Of a stretch of 64,000 nt of DNA, positions 39,438-51,588 are shown piece by piece; position 1 is the stretch's first letter, and every line of letters starts with the position of its first letter. Source of the DNA: Antedon mediterranea. Lineage: Eukaryota; Animalia; Echinodermata. The translations under genes were made by a program, and so were the position numbers. The notes beneath the pieces were generated by a model that was given only the letters and a program-made list of their open reading frames with translations, was not told where the DNA came from and searched no databases. The DNA lies in the NCBI RefSeq assembly GCF_964355755.1, contig NC_092675.1:28120912-28184911 (forward strand), read 5' to 3'.

Positions 39438-41749
39438 ACTCGAGTTCTCGACAGTTGACGAAAAGTACGCTGAACAAGTTTCTATTTTCTTTGAAGAAAA
39501 TTCTAGTTATAAATTAATTATGAATTGAAATAACAAACTATAGGACATGTTGACAATACACACTCTTTCTGTTGATAGCTTTGTTGTACCCAGAGATTAA
39601 TGTCGTTACCATTGTTGTTGATTTATTGTCTTATTCAGCATAGGCCTAACTTATTGAAACACTAAAATACAACAAACAACTTTCCTTATTAATGACAAAT
39701 TTTTGCGTTGTGTTTAGTTTTGTATTTTTTTTTTTTTTTGTAAAAACATTTGTTGCGAAAATTAATTTAAAAATGAATAAATCTAATTTTGTTCTATATA
39801 TTATACGTTATGTATGTTTGATTTGACGTTATTTTTCCGCCGGTAAACACATTTGCGTTCAATGCTGCTAACGTCAATGGGTTCTCCCGAACCATAAAAG
39901 CCTGAACAACATCGCTATGAGTGTAATTTGGGATGGACCTCTTTATATTGTTCTTTCTGTTATTCCAATGTTCATTGTAAAAGTTCCCACCGCCGGTACA
40001 TTAAAGTTCGCAGTTTTTCAGTCAAGTTAATGCAAAAGGCATTAGCCGTTGACATGAATAACACCAATTGTTAGTTGTCACTTGGGGCTACTGTCTCGGG
40101 CAACTTACAGGATAGAGTTGCTGTTATTGCTGTTTTAACATTCTATACACATATGCGGACAATGTCCAACAACTTTTATTCGTATGGCTTTTCACATGAA
40201 TACATTTTTTACCCCTCCTATTTGGTGTCCCCCGGGAAAATTTACAGGATATGACCCGGCAGCAATATTGATTATTGAATCTTATTCATATATCTACATA
40301 ATCAGCCCATCAAATCTTTTATAGCTGTTCACATGAATACATTCTCTGGGCGCCCGGTCTAAGTTGGTAGGTTATTAAATCAACGTCCTTAAAGGGGATT
40401 CCCCACTTGTATATTAACAACGAACTATGCGTCAAAAGCATCCATTGCTCCGTCGTCGATTCCCAATTGTGTGTCGCCGGACTCGCCGCACGCCACATAG
40501 GGAAAAACTGTAGATGTAAAATGTAATCATTGTTGTAGATTCTACAAAACTAAGAACATTTCACATATAGATAAGTGTATAATTGATAAAAAGTTTCAGT
40601 ATCGTATCGTAGTATTAATTTTTGTTTCGCGACCCATAGGTTGCGGAACAGCGAGTTAAAGTCTAGGTCGTACGGCAAAACATTGTGTTTGAACACATTA
40701 ATAACAATCTCTCTCATAATGAGTTTAGATAACGTTCATATGAGCTCATTGAATAATTAGCATCCTGTGTATATGACCGTAACAGTTGGCCAGACAAATG
40801 TGATAAGTAAGAAAAAACAATTACTATGAATATGATCTATTCATTGCAATAATTCGGACAGAAACAATGTCATGTTTACTAATAATCTTGCGTTCCGGCG
40901 GACCAGTTATTTTTTTATTTGATTATAACTATAAAAATAATTTATATAACTACGGATAACATATTCAACAACGCCGTTGGATATTCGTCCACCCCAGTTA
41001 AAGTTTTTGAGTATGGATAAATTATAAAACATGCATGCCTGCCTGCATACATGACATTGACGCGCAACTTAGTGCGCATGGGACTATTCCATTATTAATT
41101 TAGGAACATATCATGTGGACATTGTCACAAATATCAAAGAACCGTGCATGAACTATTGTGCAAGAAATTATTTTGCACGTTTGGTTCTAAAAAGTATGCA
41201 TATCATTTCAAGTATCCAAATTCAATATTGATACGATGAAATTAGCAGGTTAATATAATATGCTTAGTTGGTACTAGAAAAGACTAAGTTAATTTAAGCA
41301 CCTGACTAGACGGAAATATCGCCGTTCGAAGACTTGAACAGGTTCTGTGAGTATCTCCTACTAAGGCAACTTGTAGTTGTGGCAGGATCGTCTATATATT
41401 ATTGGTAAATATGTATATATTACTTACTAAAACCCTAGAAAACTCCTAGGCCTTTGGACTTAACCCAACATCATAAATGTTTGGAATGCTCCAGGGTTTA
41501 GTAATCTCAGTCAGGCAGGTCATTGCAGTAAACATTGTGGATAGCTGACCTAGGCCTAGCCAATATCAATATCTCTTTATTAAACAATAAATATTTTCTA
41601 TCCCAAAATGTTGCATATTTAGTTAAAATTGAACCAGAATCTACTTTTATTATTATTACTTTAAGATGCTCACTTTTGTAAATTTTGATTTTTGTTCATT
41701 CAACCTGTTTTTTTAAGCACTGACCAGTATAGGACACATATATGGTCAA

Positions 41750-44700
41750 ATGATGGAAACCATGCTTCTAGAAATATTAGGTACAGTCATTATTCTTGGC
41801 GTAATATGGGTGAATGTAAAAGGATTGGAACATGTGCTAATCCACCAACGATGGATCTTTGTCTGCCTCTTCCTCCTACCAATGTCTGTCATCTTTGATG
41901 CTTTTTACTTTGCTCGTAATTGGTTAATCTTCAAAATAAACAGCGCACCTAAAATGCATTTACAGAAGGTTAAGAAAGTTCAAAATCAGGTATCGGAGTA
42001 CGAAAATTTATAATTCATTTTTATACCATACCAGTAGGCCTATTATTTGTATGTCTATTTTCAAAAGGCCTATTCATTCAACAGAAAAAAAAATATTTGA
42101 TGATTTTACAATAAGATCTACAGAATAGTTAGTTTAAAAATGTTTCCTAAATATTGGCATTATATTTTGCTGGTATTGGTATTATATTGATTGGATATCA
42201 AATGTATTACTTAACTTAATTTAAAGGTTAAGAAAGTTCAAAATCAGGTATCGGAGTACGAAAATTGATAATTAATTTTTATATCATACCAGTACATTAT
42301 TTGTATGTCTATTTTCAAAAGGCCTATTCAACAGAAAAACAATCTTTGATGATTTTACAATAATAGATCTACAGAATAGTTATTTTTAATGTTTCCCAAA
42401 TTTTGGCATTTATATTTTGCTGGTATTGGTATTATTATATTGATTGGATATCAAATGTATTACTTTACTTTTACTTTGATAGGTTTCTGTACATTTGTTT
42501 TGCTAAACCTCTCTATTAATAATTTGAAAATCATGCAGTCAGAAAGGTCAGATAAAATTTATTACAATAAAAATATGTAATTCATTTGCATTCATTTACA
42601 AACTGTTTTCAGGTAAAAGAATGGAAAGATGGAGGGCGCCAGATTAAAATGTGCACTGCTCGCCCTGGTTGGCAGACGGTCAGTCCTCGTGTTGGACGCT
42701 ACAAAAATACGCACTTTAACATACATATCAACTTAATGGACATATTGGAAGTGGACACAAATAGGCGAGTTGTAACAGTTGAACCACTGGTCACTATGGG
42801 TCAGATTTCAGCCACTTTAAATCCTCTTGGATGGACGTTGCCAGTGTTGCCAGAGTTGGATGATCTCACTGTTGGTAGGCCTATGGTAATTTTTCTTGTT
42901 TTAAAAACCCTGCAGTCTTAATCCATCGGGCATGTTTAGACTAAGTTACCAACCGTCTTCCACCATGCAGGATGCTCCTACATTTTTTTTAAATATGAAA
43001 AATATGCAAAAACATAAGTGATCACTATTTGTCACAAATTTAGCACTATGTATGAGTGAAAATTGATCATTTTAAAGGAAATGTATTTAAAATTATGTTA
43101 TGATTCTTTGCGTACCTGGTAGCCCATCTATCCCCCAAATTGTGGAGTCTGTCGCCATGCAGTTAGGTATTTCTGCCATTCACTCAAACATGAATATAAT
43201 ATAAGTTGAATCACGGCTACCACCAGTCATCTCTGCAATTATGGTAAGGAAAGATAAAGTCGAAACGACCGTGTTGCCCATCTCCATTTCTTTAGTGTTT
43301 GGGCCAGACTCCACTATGTGGTTTATGTTTGTTATGTTTCCTGCACAAACGAGTGTGATTTACCTTCCCAGTACTTTTTACATACCGGTACCCATTTCTA
43401 TCACCTGGGTGAGGAGGAATAATGTGGATAATGAATCTTGCTCAGGGACTCAACACTGCAGTGACCAGGCTGGGGCTTGAACTGGCAACCTCTTGATTGC
43501 AAGTCCAATGCTCTAACTACTGCACCACAGTATGTTAAAATACTACAGTATAACTGTACTTTCTCCTGTAGGTGGACTTATAATGGGTGTAGGTATTGAG
43601 TCATCATCTCATAAGCATGGGCTATTTCAGCATACCTGCCTGGCCTATGAAATCATCCTTGCAGATGGAAGTGTTGTTAATTGCTCTAAGGTGAGTCAGG
43701 AGCAGATCCAGGGGGTTGCACCTTTGACAGCTAAAATAAAATTATAAATTACTTTTGGATATATTTTGACACACTATTAATATTTTATGTTAGGGCTCCC
43801 CTGAAAAATCCTAGATCTGCCTCTGTGATACCATATAATATGCTAGCCATAATTCCATTTATGGTCAATGCATCTCATATTTGGTAAGTGTATTCCATGA
43901 TAATTTTATTAATTTCTTTATTAGTCATAAAAAAAACTTTAAAAACACATGTACATTGTCTGAGAAGGCAAAAAATGACCACAGTTGAAGTTAAAAGGTT
44001 GTCTCTCCAGGCCGTTCACTCCGTAATCATTCAATGGTATTTACACAATGATCAGAGATTCTCCATTTTGTATCGTGCACTACCAAATATAAAAATGATT
44101 CCTTATCGAGAAATATAAAATGAATGGAAGTGTTTTGTAGCACAATACAGCAAGACCTCAATTTTTACTCAATCTTTACTCAATCTCACAGGATGAGAAC
44201 CCAGACCTGTTTTATTCCATTCCATGGTCCCATGGCACGTTGGGCTTTCTTGTGGCTGCAGAAATCCAGATAGTTCCTGCGAAGCGCTACGTAAAAATTG
44301 AGTACCAACCAGCTCATAATCTCAAAGAGATTGTTGACGTGTTTACGAGAGAGATAATGCTAGATGATGGGAACGCTTTTGTAGAGGGCCTGCTTTTCTC
44401 GGAGCAACAAGCAGTTATCATGACAGCTAATATGACAAACAACGTTGAGGATGATGGGAAGGTAACTTACGTAAAAGTATTTACAATAAAAATTCTAAAC
44501 GGTATATTGGTAGTCAAGATGGTTTGATAGAATAAAAACTGTAATTGGACAACCTACAATTATAATATATCAACTTACTGAAGATGGGGTGAGTGGCCAA
44601 GCTGTTAAGACAGTGGAACCATAATACCTTGGCATATTAACATCGGCAAAGGTTCGAGCCTCACTCGTTCCATGGTTCTGGTAGTCGAGTCTTTTCGGAT

Positions 44701-46739
44701 AAGGACTATAAACCATAGGTCCAGTGTACACATCTCGCTCGTGTGCACTTTAAAGAACCTAGTACATCTTTCGAGACGAGTAGTGTACTAGTATACACAC
44801 AGCCACTGTCGCTCATCAAGAGGGCCCCTTGATTGTCAGCATACGCTGTTTAGGGTAACCCTATAAAGAAGGTGTAATAAAAAAAATTAAAACAACTTGG
44901 CGATCCGTCATTGTAGTAATGAGCCGTCAGCCATGACGAAATCAAATGATTGGTAGACCTAATATCATAAAAGCATTTTTTGCATAGTATTTTCTTTTTT
45001 TCAATCTTTTTTATTATTATACAGTAAATAACCATGTACAATATAAACTGAAATATAACTCTGACTTTTAAATGCAATAATATAATAATAAAGATTCATA
45101 ATCTTACTTAAATTTAATTTTCTTTTAGGTGAATGAAATTGGACAATTCTGGAAGCCATGGTTTTTCAAACACGTTGAGCAATATTTGGAGACTGGCCCT
45201 GGTGTAGAGTATATACCATTACGGCATTATTATCATAGACACACTAGGAGTATATTTTGGGAACTTCAGGTAAGATTAATAAATTAACAAATAAGTTTCG
45301 CGCTCCCATTATTATTCCCAATTTTTTTTTTAAATGGTCGTATTCAGTAAAGAAGTGAGAGAGTTTTACATGATTGTGTGAAAGTAATAATTAGGCCATT
45401 AAAATTTAAGATTGTGTGTTGATCAATGCTAGCATTATTTTTGCCATTAAAGCAAAAAAACAAAAAATTACTTTCTTATTTATTTAGCTAGGTGATACAA
45501 TCTTTAGCAGAGTCCAGTCACTTATTTTGCATATTATTATCATTTTTTTTCTGCAGAACATAATACCCTTTGGAAACAACCCAATCTTCCGATACCTATT
45601 TGGTTGGATGGTTCCTCCCAAGATATCACTAATGAAACTCACACAAACTGAAACGATGAGAGCCCTCTATGAAAAAAAACATGTGATTCAAGATATGTTA
45701 GTACCATTGAATGTTATGAAAGAGGCTTTGAAAACATTTGACAAAGAAGTAAATGTAAGTCATTGCATCCTTGTTTCATGAAATATGTAATTTGTAGAGA
45801 GACAAAAGGGGGCGTTCGGGGAAGGTAGACGATCAATACGGTATTTAAATTTAATTGAATACTGAAATACAAGCAGAAATGTCAAAGAAATAATAACGTT
45901 CTTATGTTTCTATTCTTTAGTTGTATCCACTATGGATGTGTCCAATGCTTCTACCAAGTCATCCTGGAATGGTACATCCAGATGGTGTTGAGGATCAGAT
46001 GTACCTGGATATCGGAGCCTATGGAACACCTCACAAAGAAGGTTTTCACTATAAGGACACCACTCGTAGACTTGAACAATTTGTTCGCAATGTCAAAGGG
46101 TAAGAAATGTTGCTAGATTCAACTAATTTTGATGAACATAAACTTCAGTGGTGTAAAGGTATGAACGCCAGGCTAGTGAGCTGGAGGTTGTGGGTTCGAG
46201 TCCCACCCGAGAATTACTTGAATTTTTTCGCAAGTCGCAAGTCAAATGTACTTAGAATAAAGTAAAAAATTAGGTCAGAGTAGGGCAAAACATCTGACCC
46301 AAAGCTACTCCAAAGTAGTTAAATACAATTACAACCCATAAACTTTGTCTTATACAGTAGCTCTTTATTGTGGTACCGGTAGTACAATCATTTGTCTTCT
46401 AAACCGTCATGCTCAATGTTAGATGCGAAAGCTCACTAATAATTCTCTCCATTATCAAACACCTGAACCTAATCCTCCACACGCTAAACAAATGCACCAA
46501 ACAAGACATGTTCTGACAAGCAATCATAGCTTAAATGCACTTTAAAGTTCATATTCATATTCATTCATATGTTTACATATTACAGGTTTCAAATGCTGTA
46601 TGCAGATACATACATGACAGCTGAGGAGTTCAAGGAGATGTTTGATCACGCTCTTTACGACAAGTTGCGATCGCAGCTGAAATGCAATGAAGCATTTCCA
46701 GATGTCTATAGCAAAGTTTGTAAAGCAGCAAGATTATAA
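41750..46739 (+). CDS. DHCR24: Delta(24)-sterol reductase (seladin-1); join(41750..41989,42613..42874,43572..43690,44192..44461,45129..45269,45557..45754,45921..46099,46586..46739), 520 aa
   Basis: Diagnostic motifs: [68 protein letters not shown] (FAD site), [34 protein letters not shown]. All eight exons are GT-AG and phase-consistent. Confidence 0.97.
41966..42462 (+). repeat. Tandem duplication (~258 bp) spanning the DHCR24 exon 1/intron 1 boundary
   Basis: AAGGTTAAGAAAGTTCAAAATCAGGTATCGGAGTACGAAAATT occurs at 41966 and 42225, and similarity continues to ...TCAAATGTATTACTT in both copies. Confidence 0.92.
43290..43530 (-). mobile_element. tRNA-derived CORE-type SINE
   Basis: The reverse strand reads GTGGTGCAGTAG...AGTTCAAGCCCC (A/B boxes), then GTCCCTGAGCAAG...CACCCAGGTGATAGAAATGGGTACCGG (CORE-like). 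Confidence 0.7.
43697..43825. mobile_element. hAT-like MITE (old) immediately after a DHCR24 splice donor
   Basis: CAGGAGCAGATCCAGG ... CCTAGATCTGCCTCTG imperfect TIRs; no TSD recognisable. Confidence 0.5.
44584..44842 (+). mobile_element. tRNA-derived SINE with Deu/Nin-type central domain
   Basis: A-box GTGGCCAAGCTG and B-box GGTTCGAGCC, then TTCGGATAAGGACTATAAACC..GGTCC...GTGCACTTTAAAGAACC...GAGTAG, which resembles the DeuSINE/NinSINE core. Confidence 0.75.
46146..46228 (+). mobile_element. Short tRNA-derived repeat
   Basis: GTGGTGTAAAGG...GGTTCGAGTCCC followed by a T-run. A related reverse copy lies near 62865-62925. No intact acceptor stem. Confidence 0.55.
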
Positions 46740-48989
46740 AATAACATTTGTGATTGAAATATTAAACATGAATGTATTCTTGTGAGAATGTAGGTAATTT
46801 GGATATGCTGACACTAAGTATGATATCTATTGGTGTATGAAGCTTAAAGTCCATCATCCCTGGATAACTTAGCCATTATCCTTCTTAGAATCTAGCCTTC
46901 ATGGGCTGTAGTGACCTGGCAAATTTGCAGGGTACAGACCGCTACTTTTTTAGTGTAGTGATCGTTCAGATATAAACAAAGAATTTTAGGAGAGCTACTT
47001 TGGTGCAAAAATTGATTGTTAACTAGTGAAATTCGGTTTTCATGATTGGCTGACTCGATTTGAAGATGTTTTTATTCTCTGGCGGCAGTTGCATGCTCCG
47101 TCCGTGTGCTTACAAATTTTGTAAACACAGCCTGTATGCCTGATTTTTTAATTTGACTTTTTTGTGGAATGTTGGTTGATTGGACTGTTAGGTGCTATAA
47201 TAATTAATGGTATTATTGTATTACATAGAGTATGATTGACAGCTAATAAAGGGTAGGGAAGTTATTTTTGACTAAGTGTTAACATCACAATGAAGCCATT
47301 GTTTAGCTATCTACCATAGTATATCCATGGAGAAATATTTCTCCATGGTATATCCATGGAGGAATTTTGATAAAGTTAGTTATATTTAATATTTAATAAT
47401 TCCATCATGGTATAGCGTAGCATGTCATGATGCAAAGCCATATTTTTAAATTTTTATTAACCAAATTATTTATATATTAGAATAGATATATTAGAGGATA
47501 TATAAATTTACTTTAATTAACCAAGTATGCATGTCACGTAATAATAAATTAATTTATGAATGTACTTTCATCTAGGCCTAAATGATTATTGTTTTTCATA
47601 TATTATTCATGACGCTAATAAATACAGTAAACAATAGGCCTACCCATACAGAAATACCACTCATCACATCGCACTTCCCTAGAATGTACTTGTAAAGTAA
47701 AGTTGAATTTACTAAATTATATAATTCTTCAATTAGGCCTATATTCAATTTTATTTGCAGATATGATATTGCAGTACATATTAATATATGTAACCAAAAG
47801 TATTCAGTGTGCCTAGTACGTGCCATATTTTTGGGGATTTTATTTGTTTTACATGAGCTTGTTGTGTTACACAGTAAAATCTCTCTTCTTTTGTACACAA
47901 ATTTTGTAAATAGAGAGGCATTTTAAAAAGCTATAAAAAATAAACGGTGTGGTAGAAAATGTTATCAGATGACTAAATATAGTTAATATAACTTGAATTT
48001 TACATTTCTGGTATTTTTATTCAACTTCAGATTTTTATTTTCATGCTATAGCAAAAATTATCCACTGTATATCCACCATCTTTTTTCACCTTCTAGGGAG
48101 TCACCAGACATGTTTATTACATTAGGTTAAACTACCTAACTATTGAGAAAAAGTCTTCTTGGTTTTTATGGCAGAATTTTTACAAATTTGTATTTGACCA
48201 TATTAAGGGAAATTCATGTTTTTTTCGTCTTGATTTCTGTTACAAATATTTGATTTATGTACAATTAGCCAGATATTATATTTAAAATGCATACCTGTAC
48301 CTGGCTTTAAACACTCTGCACCCAACTCGACTTATGTATTTTTTTCTGCAATAAATTATACAGCACTATAAAAAAAACACAAGCGAATTTAAATCTCCGA
48401 TCATAATGTATTGATTACTGGTGGATCTGCATCTGCGGTGGCTACCACGGTCTTGTTCCGTCACGCTGCGCTCCTCGCTATGGTGTTTTAAAAATCTGTT
48501 TGAGAGCTAAATTTTGAACATTTTGTAATTTATGTTGTCTCAGTTTTCTTGACACCAACAACATTGATAATTATTATTTAAAAACCCGATGGTTTGAGAA
48601 ATAATTTGGGTAACAGTTTTCATTTAAACTGTAGACAACTCACAAAGTATAAGTAAAAGAGACAGAATGCATTGTTACGAAATACTAACAATGTACTGGT
48701 TCTAAGAGTTGGTGTATAACAATCTAGGGTCTTATCTATAGTTCTAAGTAAAACAAAGGTGTGAATTCGTAAAACCAGGGAAGAGTTAAATTACAACTCT
48801 TCCCTGGTAAAACAACCGCGGAAGGGTAGACACCTTCCATCGAGTTATCTCTTAAAAACAATTTTCCAACCCTTCCTTCCTGGTTTGGAGCACAGTATAG
48901 GTAAGCAAGAATATTCAATGTGTACAAACAATTTTTGAACTCTACGATTTCTTAATATTTTCTACTGCTGTTCGTTAGTGGTTTTAATT

Positions 48990-49312
48990 AAGTTTGTTAC
49001 GTTAATGGTTGATGAAGTTTGCATTCTGTTACGTTAGTAGTTAAACTGTTGTTACGTTAGTGGTTAATGGATTGTTACATTAATGGTTGATTTTTGTTAC
49101 GTTAAGGGTTAATTTTTGTTACGTTAGTGGTTGATTTTTGTTATCACCTGTAATCACCTGTCTTGTCGGGCTGGTAAGTAGACCATACATTTCTGTATGG
49201 TACATGTCATGTCCTCCCAATTTCTTCAAGTCATCACTGCATGGTTTTTTTTTAAAGTTTTTTTTTAGAGGTTAATGTTAAATGAGTGGTTGATTGTTAC
49301 GTTAGTGAGTGA
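48990..49312. repeat. Degenerate tandem repeat of TTGTTACGTTA(A/G)TGGTT
   Basis: About 7 visible copies of GTTACGTTA. Confidence 0.75.
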
Positions 49313-49373
49313 TACAGGGCCTACCTTTCAGACATTGGGTAATGATCGTGGGCAAGAAGACTATTCGATTTAT

Positions 49374-49451
49374 CCCGCCCCTTTCTTATTTTAAGGCTCC
49401 GCCCATTGCCCTGAAATGAAGACTTTTACGACGAGCTCGAGTGTATATAAA
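49374..49451 (+). promoter_or_regulatory. Candidate core promoter of the FG-GAP propeller gene (two GC boxes plus TATA)
   Basis: CCCGCCC at 49374, CTCCGCCC at 49397 and TATATAAA at 49444, about 60 bp upstream of the signal-peptide ATG. Confidence 0.55.
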
Positions 49452-49511
49452 CAGATGACAGAGCAGAATATATCATTTCTACTTCTGATCCTCTTAAGAA
49501 GACACATCTGA

Positions 49512-51556
49512 ATGGCCTTCAGTAAGATGATTCTCCACTCATGGTTAGTGTTACTTCTCTGTGTTGCATGTAATCTGCACACCTCTGGAGCTGGTAAGTT
49601 TGAACGTAGTTAAGAATTAGTTAACCACTATAATTATAGGGTATTGAGTCAAGCATGATGACTCGTTTCAATAACTTACAGATTTTGAAAATCTCGGAAA
49701 TTGCATTTTTATGACTAGAGAAATAATCTCAGTAGGCCTACCATTACTAATTTTAAAGGTTTAAACACGGACCACACCAAGGTGATAATTACGCTCTTTT
49801 CAAATCCATCACTATGTTTAAAGAAAGTATAATAGGCTATAAATGCCCAGTAAAATTGACATTTCGCGCTCGCCACTGTTGATATTTTTGCTGGCTTCCT
49901 CCTCTTTGTCAACAAGGAGCCGTGCCCTTGAAAAATTACAAACCTCTCTCTGAGTGACAAATGGGCACTGGTTTGATGCGATATGTTTTTTTTCTAAGTT
50001 CGTAAAATTCTTAGGCCTCAATGTCCTTTTAAAATTACACTCATCAAAATCTTAGTACCGTCACTATGTTGAGCAAGTAAAGGCCAACTCAGACAGCGTC
50101 GTACGACGAGGCCCGACGACTCTCAAGTTGGTCTTAAAACGCCAAAAATTAAATGGCACCTCTAGTTGGCCGGAAATGACACTCTAATAATAGCGCGATC
50201 GCAATTGGCACAACGATCGTAGCCAGCTACTTTTTCCGCCGGTAAACACATTTGCGGTGAATGCTAACGTCAAGGGGTTCTCCCGAACCATAAAGACCTG
50301 AACAACATCGCTATGAGTGTAATTTGGGATCGACCTGTTTATATTGTTCTTTCCCAGCTAGCAAATTGGCGTCGGCATGCGTCGGCAGACGTCGATAAAG
50401 TCGCGGGCAAATTATCGACGTTGTTACAACGTTACGAAAACGTTTACCATAAGTCGTGAATTTAATGGTTGTTAGTCTAACGTCTTGCCGACGTCGTATT
50501 TCCGTTGAAAATGTGCCGACAAATGTGCCTTGCGATAACATAAATCCAACGTCTGTTTGACGTCGTTATCATTGGTTGGCACAACGTCTGCAAACGTCAA
50601 CATACTATAGTCGTTGTCAAAATTCAAACGTTGTCGCAACGTTTGAAATTTGACATTTTTTTTTTTTTTTTAATTTTCAATCGTTCTTTAATACATCGGA
50701 ATACAAAAAAAGCAGACATCAAACAGAGTAAAAATAAAAAAATTATACATAATCAATTCTCCTATATAAAAACCCTCTTATAAACTTATGGAAATACAGT
50801 TGTGCACGTCAAGTCAGCATATAGAGTGATACAAATATATGTTATAGAAGATTATCCCAGGCACTCCACTCTTCCCATTCTTCGGCTCTATTATTAATCA
50901 AACATCTAAACTTTTTAATTGTAAAGTAATATTTTACAAATCTTATGAGGCCGGTGGGTGAGAGGAGGCCCGAAAACTTACTTCTATATATATAAAACTT
51001 TAGTATTGACAAAAGTAAATTAATCCTATTGGATGGTGTATTACTCAAAAGAAGTTCACTTTCCAATACAAATATGCGAATATCTAGATTTCGAGAACAC
51101 CATTGAAAAAAAAAAAATTGCTTATCCATCTACTGATATTACAGAATAAATGATAAACTGTTTCTCTTTTAATGTTACAAAAGGAGCAGTTCTTCGTCAA
51201 TGTACTTAGTAATCTTAAGGTAAACTTTAGTTGTGAGGATACTGTAGTTAAGTCTATATTGGAACCATCGTAATTTTATGTTGTGGGTCACATTAAAAGT
51301 TGCAACATTAATTCCTTCCCATTCATGTTCCGAGATTTTACCCCACTTTTGTTTAGCTTTACAGTTAAAGTCTTTGTTTTGAATAAACTTATTATAGAAA
51401 GCTTTACATCATGTTTGGGGTTTGGTTATTGGTTCAAGTATGGGTAAATTTATTGGGTTTTGTAATTTAGTATTTATTTCTGTACCCAAAGAAGGGTATT
51501 TAGTTGCATAAATTGGTTATCCGCACTTGGCGGATAACCCCTTGTTATTGTCAGGA

Positions 51557-51588
<32 letters not shown>

